Source: Phallusia mammillata
Taxonomy: Eukaryota
Assembly (NCBI GenBank): GCA_965637545.1
Contig: OZ281496.1
Location: 13,702,001-13,766,000, forward strand
Length of the DNA stretch: 64,000 nucleotides
Direction of reading: 5' to 3'
Below, in pieces: positions 35,700 through 48,334 of the stretch (the first letter of the stretch is position 1; every line of letters starts with the position of its first letter). Both the position numbers and the translations under genes were made by a program. The notes beneath the pieces are model-generated. The model searched no databases, was not told where the DNA came from, and saw only the letters and a program-made list of their open reading frames with translations.

Positions 35700-37480
35700 A
35701 GATTAGATGTCACTTTGCAATACTTATGAAACATGCATTTGGCAAAGTTATGACCTAAAAATTTTCATAAACAAGTGCACAGTATACTCAAATACTTTCA
35801 AAACAAAACTTTCATCTTTTCCACACATCCTAATCACAGTTGCAATAAAGCTTTTGTACCAAACTTCATTAGACAGAGCATTAGTTATGCTAAAAATGTT
35901 GACAGATTTTGGAGATACTGCAGTTTCTTTTTTTGTAACGGATGAAAATTGATTGGATAAATTGTTGAAACTCATTGGTGTAGAACATTTGCTTTCTTTT
36001 CCATCATCTTCACAAACTTGCCAGATGCTTTCTCTTTTTCAAGACAGTTGAAACTAAGTTTTTTTTTTAGGTACCCATCAATATAATTTATTATTTCAAT
36101 ACATTCCAATAGAAAAATGCAATAAATTAAAATTTAGAAAAAAAAATCGCAAATCTTATTAGCCAAACCTGTTTCATGTCCTGAAATCGATTTGTTTCTG
36201 TCGCAGGAAGAACGGAATTTTTTTTACAATCAAAAATCTTGATGAGGAATTTGAGCGGCTTCAAATTGGTTTGCAATGCCGAGATGACAAGCTGCTGAAG
36301 GTGCGTATTGAGGATAAAGCATATTAAACTGATCTTCTTCTTTTTTGTTTGATAAATTTAGTGACTAAATATTCAATGAAATTTTCGATCGCAATTTTTT
36401 TGTTCACCTTCTGCGACTCACACACGGCTGTGTTGAAGATATCTTTTGAAACATGATCGTATAATTTAAAAGAAAGGTGGGAAACAAAATGAACCTTTAA
36501 ATCTTGAAGTGAGCCAAACAGCTTACCACACAATTCTTCCTCACAAATGTGGTACATTGGCATATTGTCCAATTCAGCGAATTCGAAGTCCAAACATGCT
36601 ACATAAGTGAAGTTAATTGCCTTTTTTATGATTATTGAGAAAATTCATCAAACTAAAACATTTTATTAAACTAAACGTTGCAGCTCAAAAAAAAAACGAT
36701 CGACAAAGTATATGTATGTTACCAATGCACACGACATGATGCAGCAATTCGCCCGAGAGAATAAGTTATCTATGTTCTGCAGTTGTTTGTTTAATAACTG
36801 CAAAAAAGTTTAAACTTAACTTAAAAATATGTTAGCTAGAAACGCACATGTCTTTCGTTTGGATGAAGGCTCTGATTTTCTTTTTCACTAACAGTAAACA
36901 TCTTATTGCTTCATCTAAAGTACCAGATACAAAATATCTTCTTCACATGCCTCCAGCACATAATCTAACAAAAAGTACACACTGTCACATCTAACGCACT
37001 TGAGCTGTGCCGGTAGCCTGTCACACAAGATGGCATCTAACAAGTCAAAGTGGTTTGCTATTGAATTAGGCATAGGTATGTCTGAAGCTTGACCTGTCTT
37101 TTCAATTTATTTTAAATAGTTCCCGCGCAGTTGCTGCATCTTTTTTAACAGGAAAGTGCAGGTAGACCCAAAATGCATTTTTCTTCAACCCTTCCTTATA
37201 GCTCTTTCTCGATGAAAATCATGAGCTGAACCTCCTCCGCACACCAAAGTCAATTTTGTGACTTCTTCTTTGTACCATATAGGCACCCCTTTAAAAAACA
37301 CTCAGTTGACAAAAATAGACAGCACTATGTAAACCGTTGTATCCGGTTTTCCTTGCGTCGTCCAGCCACGGGATTCACGGCAACGTTTGCTCTTTCCGTA
37401 CCAGGTTTCGTTCACACTACCAAAACGTTTCATTCCTAGTAAAGCTTCGCCCTTATCTGCACTGTCCCTGAGGGAATTCT
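35700..37480 (-). pseudogene. Unclassified degenerate gene containing one C2H2 zinc finger
   Basis: ORF 36324-36593 contains CEEELCGKLFGSLQDLKVHFVSH (C-x4-C-x12-H-x3-H). Flanking frames look coding but are broken by stops and frameshifts. Family not recognised. Confidence 0.45.
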
Positions 37481-39288
37481 TATGGGTTGTTTTAAAATGT
37501 CGATTAATGCTTGATGTTCTGCATACAGCGTTTTATCAAATCTTGAAATGATCTCACATCTGATGATTAATTGCATTTTTTTAAACCAATTTGAAAAACG
37601 TTTACACTCTTACCAAGAACATTTAATGGAAAATGACACCGCTAAAACTAACCTGTGCACAGTGCTGACTTATTCGTTACAACTATTTGCCACAGTTTTA
37701 AATCACAATAATTGCAAACTGGTTGGTGATGAACATCTGACAAACAAACAGTTAACTTCACCCTAAACACACGCATTGTTTGGTAAATTGCGACAACACA
37801 GACGCGTTCTTGTGTTTGGCTGGGAAAATACAAGTCACACTGTAATCAAATGGCTTAATCCATATCAAACAGCTAAGCTGCAAAAGAATACAAACTTGAA
37901 AATCACTCGGCGTGCTATGAAAAATCACCTCGCGTGCCAGGGGTTTCTACAAGTCTTACTTATATTGCAAGACAAGCAATTGCTTTTCCCTACTAAACGG
38001 TGAGCGCTTAATTTTGCTGACTCAGCAAAAAATGTTTTGAATTTTTTATTTTTGTGAAAAAACGTTTCCGAATTTTAAATTAGTTTTAAGGAAAAATTTT
38101 TTCGAAAAAAATGTTCCAATATAAATAAAAGCAAAATATTGTTTTAACGTAGATCAAAAGTGACTATGTCTCACTAATTGCTGTTTTTATAATTATTGCA
38201 GGGCTTTAAAATAATTATTTAAAAAAATCCGCTGCGGTGGAGATAGAAGACCATTTTGTATTCAGTTTGCTGCGAAGATTATTGTGTATCAAACACAAGG
38301 TGTTGTTGCACGCAAATTGCTGGATTGTGAAACGGGGCTACTTTTAACGCAAAAGATCTGTATTTTGGTGTGTTTTTCAATAACTTGTTTTAACGACCAA
38401 CTATTTTTTTTTGTAAATTGTCTTGCCAACAATAAAATTAAATGTTGGTTGCTGGGCAACGCGTATTCTTTGCTGAAAAGCGGTTTTGTTGGCACTAGTT
38501 TGACGAAAAATGTTTTTCTGCATCGTTTGCTGGCAATTTTGAGAAAATAATCTTTGAGAAAACTATTGTGATGATAAAATGTAAAACAATGTTAAAAAAT
38601 GATCTAATCGAAGCAGTTCGATTTATCCAAGTTACATTTGGCTACTGGAAATAGGAAGGTGCAAACCAATGGAAAGTCGCAATACGTTTACCAGTTCTAT
38701 GATCAGATGAGCTAAATGTGCACATAAACTTGCTGCTTAAATTAGTGAAAAATTTATTCGGTGGCCAGTTATGTTTACCGAAGTATTGAAGAAACTGTTG
38801 GATGGTTAGGCTTTTAAATGAATAAGCCATTGATTTTAAAGTATCCTAACTAAACAAGAATTATCTACAAAATTGTCTACATGACAGATAAACAAGCAAA
38901 AATCATTTATTTAATTAATAAACTTTCTGACATTTAGTATTCTGGCACCACATGCATTAGACTTCACGTAACTACTGTGTTTCAGTTTATGAAGCTATAC
39001 AAACAAACAAGAAATAGAAAACTAATTATTGCAAGAAATATATTTTGAACTTAAAGAATCAGATTCAATTAAACTAGTCCCTTTAAATGCAGTCTTATCT
39101 GGAAAGCCTTGCCGTTTGTAAAGGGCAGAAAAGCAAATTTTCCAAATATATATACTGCAACCTTCCCATATTGTGTATAAATATTAGATCACGGTGGGTT
39201 TAGTGTAAATTTTTGGTAAATGAATATTTTTCTGTTAGGATTAAACATTGAAATAACAAAAGTATGTGAAATGAAAATCAGTCTACAT

Positions 39289-41392
39289 CAGTGGTTCTCA
39301 AACGGTGTGCCCGGGCGCACTGGTGCGCCCCAGAGGTTATCTAGGTGTGCCCAACAGCATTCCTAAAAAAGTATTCTAATAAGAAAAACAAAAAGAATAG
39401 TTACCATATTAGATAAATTTTCTTATCGGCTCCTTCCGTTTAACATCATTATTACGATAATTTCAGGCACGGTCGCAGACATTCGGTAAAACTTGTATTT
39501 CCATTGTTGCTCATAATAGCAGTTGTCTATGTGTGTTTTTTACTGTTGGAGTAGATTCAGAATGTAATTGTAAAGCAGAAAGAAATTGCTAGTTGCTGAG
39601 TTAGTGTTCATAGAAAAGGTGGTAGTAAATAACTGTAATGCGGATTTTATAGTTAAGAATAAATTTCGTTGATGTAAATATCTTTTTCTTTAGAAAAAAT
39701 TACTCTTACATATGGATCAGTTTCTTAAGAGCAAGCGTGACATTGATGAAGTTGACGCCGAAAGTGACCAAAATTTAAGCGTAAAAAAATGTACTAGTAA
39801 GAAAGCAAAACCACGACCGACTCGTAAATATGATGATAGCTATCGAAGTCATGATAATCCTTTGCCTGTATGTTTAGTTTGCAGAATGAAGATGGCCAAT
39901 GAATCAATGATCCCTAGTAAACTTGCTAAACATTTTAAAAATAAACACTTTTATCTACAAGATAAACCCATAAGCTATTTTCAGAGAATGTCTGAGCAAC
40001 AACAAAAAACAGCAAGTTCCTTTAAGAGTATAGTGACTGTTTCTGATAAAGCTCAAATTGCTTCTTACCAAGTCTCTGAACTGATTGCTCAAAATATGAA
40101 AGCTCATACTTTAGGTGAGTCAATTATTTTGCCTGCTTGCAAAAAGATTGTCAGTACGATGTTAGAAAACGAAGCAGCATTAAAAATAAGCAAGATACCT
40201 CTGTCAGACGATACTGTTCGCAGGCGTATTCTGGAAATGTCTTCTGATATTGAGAAAAATGTAAGTGGTAATAAACTCCACTCTTCAGATTTTGCTCTGC
40301 AAGTTGATGAAACTACCGACATTACCAACAAGGCACAACTCATAGCATTCGTTCGTTTTATTAACGAAAACGAAATAACAAACCAGTTTCTTTTTTGCAA
40401 AGAATTAAGTGTGACTACTAAAGGTGAGGACGTTTTTAACATTCTGAATGACTACCTTGATAAGTGGCAGTTATCGTGGAAATCGTGTGTAGGCATTTGC
40501 ACAGATGGAGCACCTTCTATGGTAGGTTGTATCAAGGGACTTGTATCTTTTATGAAGAAGAAAAACGAGAATGTTATTGTAACTCACTGCTTTCTGCATA
40601 GAGAGGCCTTGATATCAAAAACCTTAGGAGAGAATTTAAGAGAGGTCTTAGATGAAGTTGTTAAGATGGTAAACTTTATAAAAGTAAGACCTGCAAAATC
40701 GCGGTTATTTGAAAAAATCTGTACCAATATGGAATCTCAAGAGCTATCAAGAGGCAAAGTGCTTACTCGTGTACACGAGTTAAGACAAGAACTTCTTGTA
40801 TTTTTTGAAGCAATGAAGCAGTCACATTTTTGCGACCTCTTGCAGTGTAAATTTTGGATTGCTAAATTACAATATTTGGCAGATATATTTCAGCATCTCA
40901 ATATTTTGAACACCAGTATACAAGGGAAAAGGCAAAACGTTCTTACATCCACTGACAAGATAAAAGCGTTTCAGAAAAAATTACACGTTTGGAAAAGTGC
41001 AGCGATTAAAGGGAGTTTAGAAATGTTCCCATTGGTAACTAATACATTTCTAGTTTAGAAATGTTCCCTTTGGTAACTAATTTTCAACGTCATATTTATG
41101 TGAACTTGGCTTTTCTACCCTCGCCACAATTAAGTGTAAAAAGAGAGAAACTCTGGAATGCATCGATGAGGAAATGAGAGTTTGCCTCTCAAACATAAGA
41201 CCGAACATTGAGATAATCTCACAGGCTCATCAAGCACATGTTTCCCATTAATAAAAAGATAATTTCTTTATTTTTGAGTTTTATTTATTTGACTTAATTA
41301 TGACATTTTAGTGCATTTTTATATAAAGTGTGCCCAGAATTATTTGTAGTATTGTAAGTGCGCTTAGACTGTAAAAAGTTTGAGAACCACTG
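39289..41392 (+). mobile_element. hAT (Buster/ZBED5-8-like) internal-deletion derivative
   Basis: Perfect 15-bp TIR CAGTGGTTCTCAAAC (39289-39303 / 41378-41392) and perfect TSD GTCTACAT (39281-39288 / 41393-41400). Confidence 0.96.
39712..41058 (+). pseudogene. Truncated Buster-type transposase, 448-aa ORF
   Basis: BED finger CLVC...HFKNKH, LQVDETTD, CTDGAPSM and HCFLH are present. The HTEVRW segment is missing (NMESQ|ELSRGK), and the catalytic Glu region is absent. Confidence 0.88.
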
Positions 41393-43354
41393 GTCTACAT
41401 GGTGAAATTGCAACAGCTGGACCAATTTTGTACCTCAAAGTTTAGGACCTGACAAAACAGTGAAGCAATGCAAAGTGACTGTCAACGGTGGGAATTGTCA
41501 CTTTAGTACAATACCTCCAAGAAGGCTAACAAGCACAAAAAGAATCAACAGGAACATGCAAAGGGTTTGCTGAGATTGTCATCCAGTAGATTATTTGTAA
41601 AAAAATGTTCCATCACATTCTTTTGTGCACTGAAAATTCCTATTCCTTCTCGTTATGTCCGTCAATGGGCTAGAAATGGTTGCTTAATGTTTTATGAATC
41701 TTCGGTAATAAGATGCAAAGCCAAGAAAACAGCGAACTACTTTTACAGTAGATGATTTGGGCCAAGCACTTACTGCTTTTGGCTTGTTTGAATCACATTG
41801 AACCCCTTTTTGAGAAACAATAGGCCCAAGAAAACTAGATTCTCGAGATAACAAGTGACATTTTTTCGGCTTCAATTTAAGCCCCACTTGCCTCAATCGG
41901 GTAAACACAGCTCTTAAATTGGCTATAGCTCCTTCAAAATTGTTCGCAAACGATACCACATCGTCGACATATACCAAACACGAATCCCACAGTAAACCTT
42001 GTAAAACTCTTTCCATTAAGGAGGCAACATTGACAACTGCGTTCATGTTGGCCTCGGAAATATCTTTGAAATTGTCAACAAGACATAGCATATGTTCAGG
42101 AAGAGAGTTTGTTCCTGCGTTGCACAAAATAGGGTCGACATGTTTGCTTGTTTGAAATGGTTGTTGTCAATAAAAAATGTTTTATTACTAAAATTGCTCG
42201 AACAGTTTTGTTCATGCAAGAAATCTAGCCCCAATATACCCTCAATCTGTCCCAGAACTGCGACCACCAGGAAACATTGATGTATCAAAGGAACCGTAGC
42301 AAGGTATTGGAATATTTCCTGCAGATTTAAACTAGTATTTGCGAAGAGAAGACGCATCGTAAGCTAGTCCAAATTTTTTGAAAACACAGCGAAGACACAC
42401 AAGACCCGGTGTCAACCAAAAACTTGAATTGTGTTGTTCTGTTGCCTCACAACTGACTCAACAATCTCTATTTAAGGCAATAGGCAATCTGGCAAAGGGC
42501 TTAAAGTTAACTGTTGTGTTGCTTTTTAATCTTGGAAATCTGGTAACCCTACCTATAGTAACCTCACCGCGGGTGAGTGGTTCGCCATCCCTGCACTATA
42601 CCATCGACGTGAAAAGCTTTGTCGTTGTCGGCCAAATAATTTGTAACTGATGATTCAGCCTTTACACCAGTCACCGTAAGTTTAAAGGATGTTGAACACG
42701 ATTTGTACCGGACTTATCTGCTTGTGGGCAACTCCGCTTCCAATGACCTTCTTCGCAACAGAGGTGGCATTTGCTTTCATAACTTGTTTTTTCTTTCCGG
42801 TTGGGCATATTGATTCCATCGTGGTCACCAGGGGCGGCTCGTGCGAGGGGGCTGCGGAGCTGCAGCACCCCCAGAATTTTTCCTTGACATTCCTATTCCA
42901 AGTTGTTATAGAAATCAATCTTTAAATATAGTTTTTATTTTTGATCAGTGTATAATAATAATAATAATTTTTATGGCATTAATCGGCATTTTATTAAAAA
43001 AAAAAATTTTGTATTATTCAAAAAAATTTTTTAAAATAAAAATAATAATAAGTTATCTATGGCGGAGCTGCAGCTCCAGTTTCGTGACGTTTCATGACGT
43101 TTTCAGTTGTGCGCATGCGCACTTGGAAAAGCTACATGCCGGGCGAAATAGGCGAGAGGGGGCTGTGGCTCGCGCAGCCCCTCGCGTGACGTAGCGCTAG
43201 TTGTGCTGTCTGCTTCGCGTCAGTGAGCTCCAAAGTCAAACCCGTGTAGCGAGTCTCAGGTTATCATTCTTAGACAAGGCTTACAGTTATAAATTATTCT
43301 TCCAGCTATTGTATTTGATCACGTTTTACAGTTATTTATGAATTTGAACAAACC

Positions 43355-45433
43355 ATGGCTTTTCAAGATTCGGGTTGTGTGACTGTAAGTGAGCTTCAGC
43401 AGCTCAAGTTTTCACAACTATCATCGGCTGAAAAAGTTAGCATAAAGAAAAAAGGGCGTCCAACACCTGCTATTCCAGTATGTCAATCAGGAATAAGCAA
43501 TCAAAAGAAATACATACGCAGTTTTAATTGTGAATGGTACCAAAAAAAAAAATGGCTTTGTGGCTGTGAAGTTAAAAATGCACTGTTCTGTTTTTCATGT
43601 TTGCTGTTTGGAGACAATGAAACATGCTGGACAAAGGAAGGTTTTAGAAATATAGGCAGAATAAATGAAAAAGCAGAAAGACATGAGAAATCAAAGAAGC
43701 ATGTGGACAATGCAGTTTCACTTTCCCTACTGGGTACTGTTGATATTAGCAAAACTCTTAGCAAGGCTTATAGACTTTCAATTGATGAACACAACAAACA
43801 GGTACAAAAGAATCGTGAAATTTTGTCTAAAATACTAGACTGCATTTTATTCTGTGGAAATTTTGAAACCCCCTTACGTGGACATGATGAAAAAGATGAT
43901 GCAGTTAACCCAGGGGTGTTCAAGGGTTTAGTCAATTTTGCATCTAAGTTAGATCCAGATTTAAAGAAACACTTAGAAACAAGTACAGTTTTCAAAGGTG
44001 TTTCAAAGACAATTCAAAATGAAATACTTGACTGCCTTCTACAAATTTACCGTGATGAGATAAGGGCAGAAATCAAAAGATCTTCTTTTGTTGCCGTCAT
44101 GGCTGATGACACTACAGATGTTTCGGAAATTACACAAACGGTCATTGTGCTTCGGTACTTATTGGATGGAAAAATATATGAGCGCTTTTGGGGTTTTTTT
44201 ACTCCAGAAAATCAAACAGCTGATGGCATATCAAAATGTATTTTAGAACAATTGAACATAATACTTCAAGGAAACCAACAAAAATTAATAGCACAGACTT
44301 TTGATGGTGCAAATGTGATGAGGGGCAAAAAAGCTGGAGTTCAAGCAAAAATAAAAGCAGTGTATGGTAATGCGCATTTCATCCACTGTTATGCACATCA
44401 ACTCAATTTAATTATGAAAAATGCAGCAAGTATTAGTCGAAATGCAAGAATATTCTTTTCTAATGTTTTGGCCATTCCAACATTTTTCTCAAGATCACCA
44501 CAACGTGTTTCTATTCTCAAGAAACATATGGATGTCAGGATTCCTCGTCCATCTCCTACAAGGTGGAACTTCAATATTCGGACCATAATAAGAGTTTATG
44601 AAAATTTGCCACCATTAAAAAAATGCCTTACTGAAATTCAGGAAACATCAAAGGCAGATCAAACGATTGCAGAAGCGACAGGAATTTTGAAATACTTGAC
44701 TGATGATAATTTCAAGTTTTGGTTAGAGCTTTTTTATCAGATTATGCCTCATGTCGAAATTATTTACAACCAAATGCAATCTCGGGAAATTGAAGTGTTC
44801 AAGGTCAATGAATACATAACTAATTTTAAGTATGCTATTTCTGAAATAAGAAATTCAAATTACTGTGAAAGTTCTTCAACAACACTCAAGGCAGAAGCCA
44901 AGGAGGTGTGTGACTGTATATGTGTTGATATAATGGACAGATACTCTTCCACTAAACACCTGGTAGCTGCCAAATTGTTTGACAGGAAATGTTTCACTAG
45001 TTTTAAGATTGAACTTCCTACAGATGAGATAGCAGTGACCACTCATGCATATCCTTTTGTGGACAAAGAAAAGCTGGAAACTGAACTAAAAGTGTTCTAC
45101 AGTAGATCTGACATTCATGAATATTGCAAGTTACTTGAGCTTTTGAAATTTGTCTTGGAAAAAAATCTGGAGGATGTTTTGAGTGAAATTACAAAACTAA
45201 TTAAAATCCTTTTAACAATTCCCATGACTACTTCAGAAGCAGAACGATGCTTTTCTACACTGAAAAGGATAAAAACTTTTTTAAGAAGCACAATGAATTC
45301 AGAAAGACTTAATGCACTTGCAGTGCTTACAATAGAAAAACAGTTTCTTAGTTATCATTTGGAAATAAAGGAGAAAGTTATTGATCGTTTTGCTAAAATT
45401 AAAAATAGGAGAATGGATTTTATTTTTAAATAA
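43355..45433 (+). CDS. ZMYM1-like hAT transposase (TTF-type zinc finger, DUF4371-like region, dimerization domain), 692 aa, intact
   Basis: RSFNCEWY...WL...LFCFSCLLF, VMADDTTD, QTFDGANVM, HCYAHQLNL, TRWN and SEAERCFS in one open frame. Confidence 0.95.
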   Translation: MAFQDSGCVTVSELQQLKFSQLSSAEKVSIKKKGRPTPAIPVCQSGISNQKKYIRSFNCEWYQKKKWLCGCEVKNALFCFSCLLFGDNETCWTKEGFRNIGRINEKAERHEKSKKHVDNAVSLSLLGTVDISKTLSKAYRLSIDEHNKQVQKNREILSKILDCILFCGNFETPLRGHDEKDDAVNPGVFKGLVNFASKLDPDLKKHLETSTVFKGVSKTIQNEILDCLLQIYRDEIRAEIKRSSFVAVMADDTTDVSEITQTVIVLRYLLDGKIYERFWGFFTPENQTADGISKCILEQLNIILQGNQQKLIAQTFDGANVMRGKKAGVQAKIKAVYGNAHFIHCYAHQLNLIMKNAASISRNARIFFSNVLAIPTFFSRSPQRVSILKKHMDVRIPRPSPTRWNFNIRTIIRVYENLPPLKKCLTEIQETSKADQTIAEATGILKYLTDDNFKFWLELFYQIMPHVEIIYNQMQSREIEVFKVNEYITNFKYAISEIRNSNYCESSSTTLKAEAKEVCDCICVDIMDRYSSTKHLVAAKLFDRKCFTSFKIELPTDEIAVTTHAYPFVDKEKLETELKVFYSRSDIHEYCKLLELLKFVLEKNLEDVLSEITKLIKILLTIPMTTSEAERCFSTLKRIKTFLRSTMNSERLNALAVLTIEKQFLSYHLEIKEKVIDRFAKIKNRRMDFIFK

Positions 45434-45700
45434 TTGCTTCTTGCTACAACGCTATGATTCATTTCACTTATGAAGGCAAGCACTAAGTTTAAAGTAAGTT
45501 TTAAATGTTAGTGAAGGTGTTGCGAATTTTGCAACAGGGTGTTTTGTGCTGTAGAAAAGTTATTACACATCCTTTGGGCAGTTACGCTAACTAGTTATGA
45601 ATAAAGATTAGAATAAAGTACAGATGTTTTAACCAAGAACAGCAAAAACTAATGTTATGTGCTCATTATTTTTTTAATATTTGTTTTTGCTTGATACCCT

Positions 45701-45857
45701 GAGTGTTGTTAACCAATAAGCATTTTTGCTTGAACGCCTGAGTGTGGTTAACCAATAAGCATTTTTGCTTGAACGCCTGAGTGTGGTTAACCAATAAGCA
45801 TTTTTGCTTGAACGCCTGAGTGTGGTTAACCAATAAGCTTTTTTGCTTGAACGCCTT
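45701..45857 (+). repeat. 39-bp tandem repeat, four near-perfect units, inside the hAT 3' region
   Basis: GAGTGTGGTTAACCAATAAGCATTTTTGCTTGAACGCCT units start at 45701, 45740, 45779 and 45818; diverged units continue to ~45970. Confidence 0.95.
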
Positions 45858-46326
45858 ATCGGTGTGGTTAACCAAGAAGTCTGCTGCAGTCTTGAACGCT
45901 CAAAAGGTGTGGTTAACCAATAGCCTAAGCTGGTTATAAGACCTAAAGGCTTGAACGCTCAACATGTGCGGTTGTACTACAAACCCCCAGTTTCATAGGG
46001 CTACTGGCGAGGCGTCTGGGTTAACAAAAATGCCAACGACCACAAATGAGAGCCTCATGGGTGTGGTTGGAATTCTCATAATATTTCATTAGCAATTGCA
46101 AAAAAAGTTAATTATCCCTGCCCTAAACTGTCATCAACTACCCTGTAGCTTTGTGCTAATAAGTGTTAATTCTTTCCCATGAACCTAAAAGAATAACACC
46201 ATAAGCAACTCCCAAAACTTGTATTTCCTTTTTCTGCGAAACACAAAAAACAGGTCGATAACAAAACTACATTTGTCATGGGATGCATGTACTATGCATA
46301 CTTACAAATCTTTTTACTTTTCAGCA

Positions 46327-46810
46327 TTCTACAAAAACACAATAGTGTCATTAGTTGTACCATTACATTATTAAATTAAATTAGACATCAACACAAACTT
46401 ACATTTTCATTTTCTACATTCTACAAAAACACAATAGTGTCATTAGTTGTACCATTACATTATTAAATTAGACATCAACACAAACTTACAGTTTCATTTT
46501 CTACATTCTACAAAAACACAATAGTGTCATTAGTTGTACCATTACATTATTAAATTAAATTAGACATCAACACAAACTTACAGTTTCATTTTCTACAAAA
46601 ACACAATAGTGTCATTAGTTGTACCATTACATTATTAAATTAAATTAGACATCAACACAAACTTACAGTTTCATTTTCTTTTTCTACATTCTACAAAAAC
46701 ACAATAGTGTCATTAGTTGTACCATTACATTACAACATTAAATTAGACATCAACACAAACTTACAGTTTCATTATTTTGTTCTAAGTTCTGCAATAAAAC
46801 AATAGTGTCA
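46327..46810 (+). repeat. ~85-98-bp tandem repeat, about five units, inside the hAT 3' region
   Basis: TTCTACAAAAACACAATAGTGTCATTAGTTGTACCATTACATT... recurs at 46327, 46419, 46506, 46591 and 46689. Confidence 0.95.
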
Positions 46811-48334
46811 CATTAGCTGTATATACAAAAGACACAAATTAAAAAATAGGCCTTACTTCTTGAAAAAACACTTCCCTGGGCAACCATCTGTAAACAAATA
46901 ATACATTACACGGTTTGCATGAAAAATGATAATATCTTGTTTACTTAGCTGCTGGGGAAATCCTCTTCAGCCTTTAAAATAAAAGTAGGGTTAGAAATAT
47001 AAAACATACACTTTCCAATAAAAACTTATTTTACAAAATTCACTAACCTTTGCAGCTCACAAAATCTGTGATATGGTATGAATCTAAAAATTAATTGATG
47101 TTTATTAAACAATTGGAACTATGCTTTACACAAAAACTATTTTACTTAACGATAAAACCTTAATCTTACCGTTTCTCTCTTTTTTTAAATGTCCGTTTTC
47201 TCTGCAACAAACACAATATTTTAAATTATTCATATTGAACTTTCTTCATTCTTTATTAGCTATTTCACATTTACCTTTACCCCACCCTCCCGCATCGTTA
47301 TACTTTGTATAGTGCAATTTTGAAACACAAAATTTTCCATTTTTAGCTGAAATGCATTAACACAAATATTTTTTCAAACAAAAGTAACAAGCCACACATT
47401 AGACTTTAACTGGAAAGTTTGGTATTTTTTTCTTGGAATACGCCACTTATATTAGATATTTTTGTCACAAGAAAGTAACAAAACACAATTAAACGGGTTC
47501 CAATATAATACGCCATTTACGCGCCATTGATCCCGTGCGCCACCTATCAGAAAATAGTAAATTGCGTGGCAAAGTCACGTGTTTTACGGTGTCAGTTTTC
47601 CGTGGAATTGCAATACACGGTCTCGAAGCAGCACCCCCAGTAATTTTAGGCACGAGCCGCCACTGGTGGTCACCACATCAACCGCTTCTTTTAAAGTCGA
47701 TGGATTTCTCACGACCAAAACGTTTCGCAACGAGTCTTAGTGCCAGAAAAAAATGTTGAACAAGAAACTCTTCAGCACACTCATCACACCTCGGGCGATT
47801 TGAAAAGGCAAGGCTGGGCTCACAGTGTAAACGCCGGGCGGCATGAAACGCTGCTCTGGCACGTGGTGCGTTGCTTGTCCAATTTGGCAATGAGGCTTTC
47901 CAAATTATCTTTTTGGCTTTCAAAAAATCTTAGGTCACTTTTCGGTTGAACAAGCGGCTAGCTGTTTAACAGGGCAACATTCTCAAAATGTACATTGTAT
48001 TGTGCCCTTTTATCACCGTTTCCACTTAACGTTCCAGCCAACCATGTTGTTCTCGCAAAAGACAAAAGACCGGTTTAGCTTCTTCTTGCGCTGTATTTAC
48101 AGACGGTAAACTTTTTGGTGAAATGTATATCCTGTAAAATACTGTGTACGAGTACGGTTGATTCTGTTTGGACTGGGGTTTTGAATTGAATTTACAGACG
48201 GATTTTCGTCACAGTATCTTTCTATAAAATCAACTCTCCTCTTAAGGCGATTGCTGATATCCACAAAAGTTAATTTGTTTTTAAATTTTTGGAATAAGTG
48301 TACAAAAACTTAGTTAAACATTTCACACTTTACC

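Larger units (their letters stand above)
42829..47665 (+). mobile_element. ZMYM1-like hAT, full-length copy B, apparently autonomous
   Basis: 16-bp TIR CAGGGGCGGCTCGTGC / GCACGAGCCGCCACTG (1 mismatch) and perfect TSD GTGGTCAC (42821-42828 / 47666-47673). Confidence 0.97.
41600..48230 (-). mobile_element. Second Ty3/Gypsy relic (gag-protease-RT), split by the hAT at 42829-47665
   Basis: gag pieces at ~47674-48230 continue across the TSD into CHLCCEEGHWKRSC (zinc knuckle, 42671-42828), then ILGLDFL (protease) and CLVYVDD...LKLKPKKC...FLGFASYYRRFI (RT, internally deleted). No LTRs resolved. Confidence 0.85.

Noticed and set aside
44100-44130. Other CTGATGA/CTGAAGA matches (e.g. 15364, 30333, 33552, 44103, and minus strand near 23340 and 63483)
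   Set aside because: They lack a stem II followed by GAAA and the stem I/III pairings; most are inside coding sequence.
45701-46810. Regular direct repeats that might suggest a CRISPR array
   Set aside because: Units are head-to-tail with no unique spacers, lie inside a eukaryotic hAT, and no cas genes are present.
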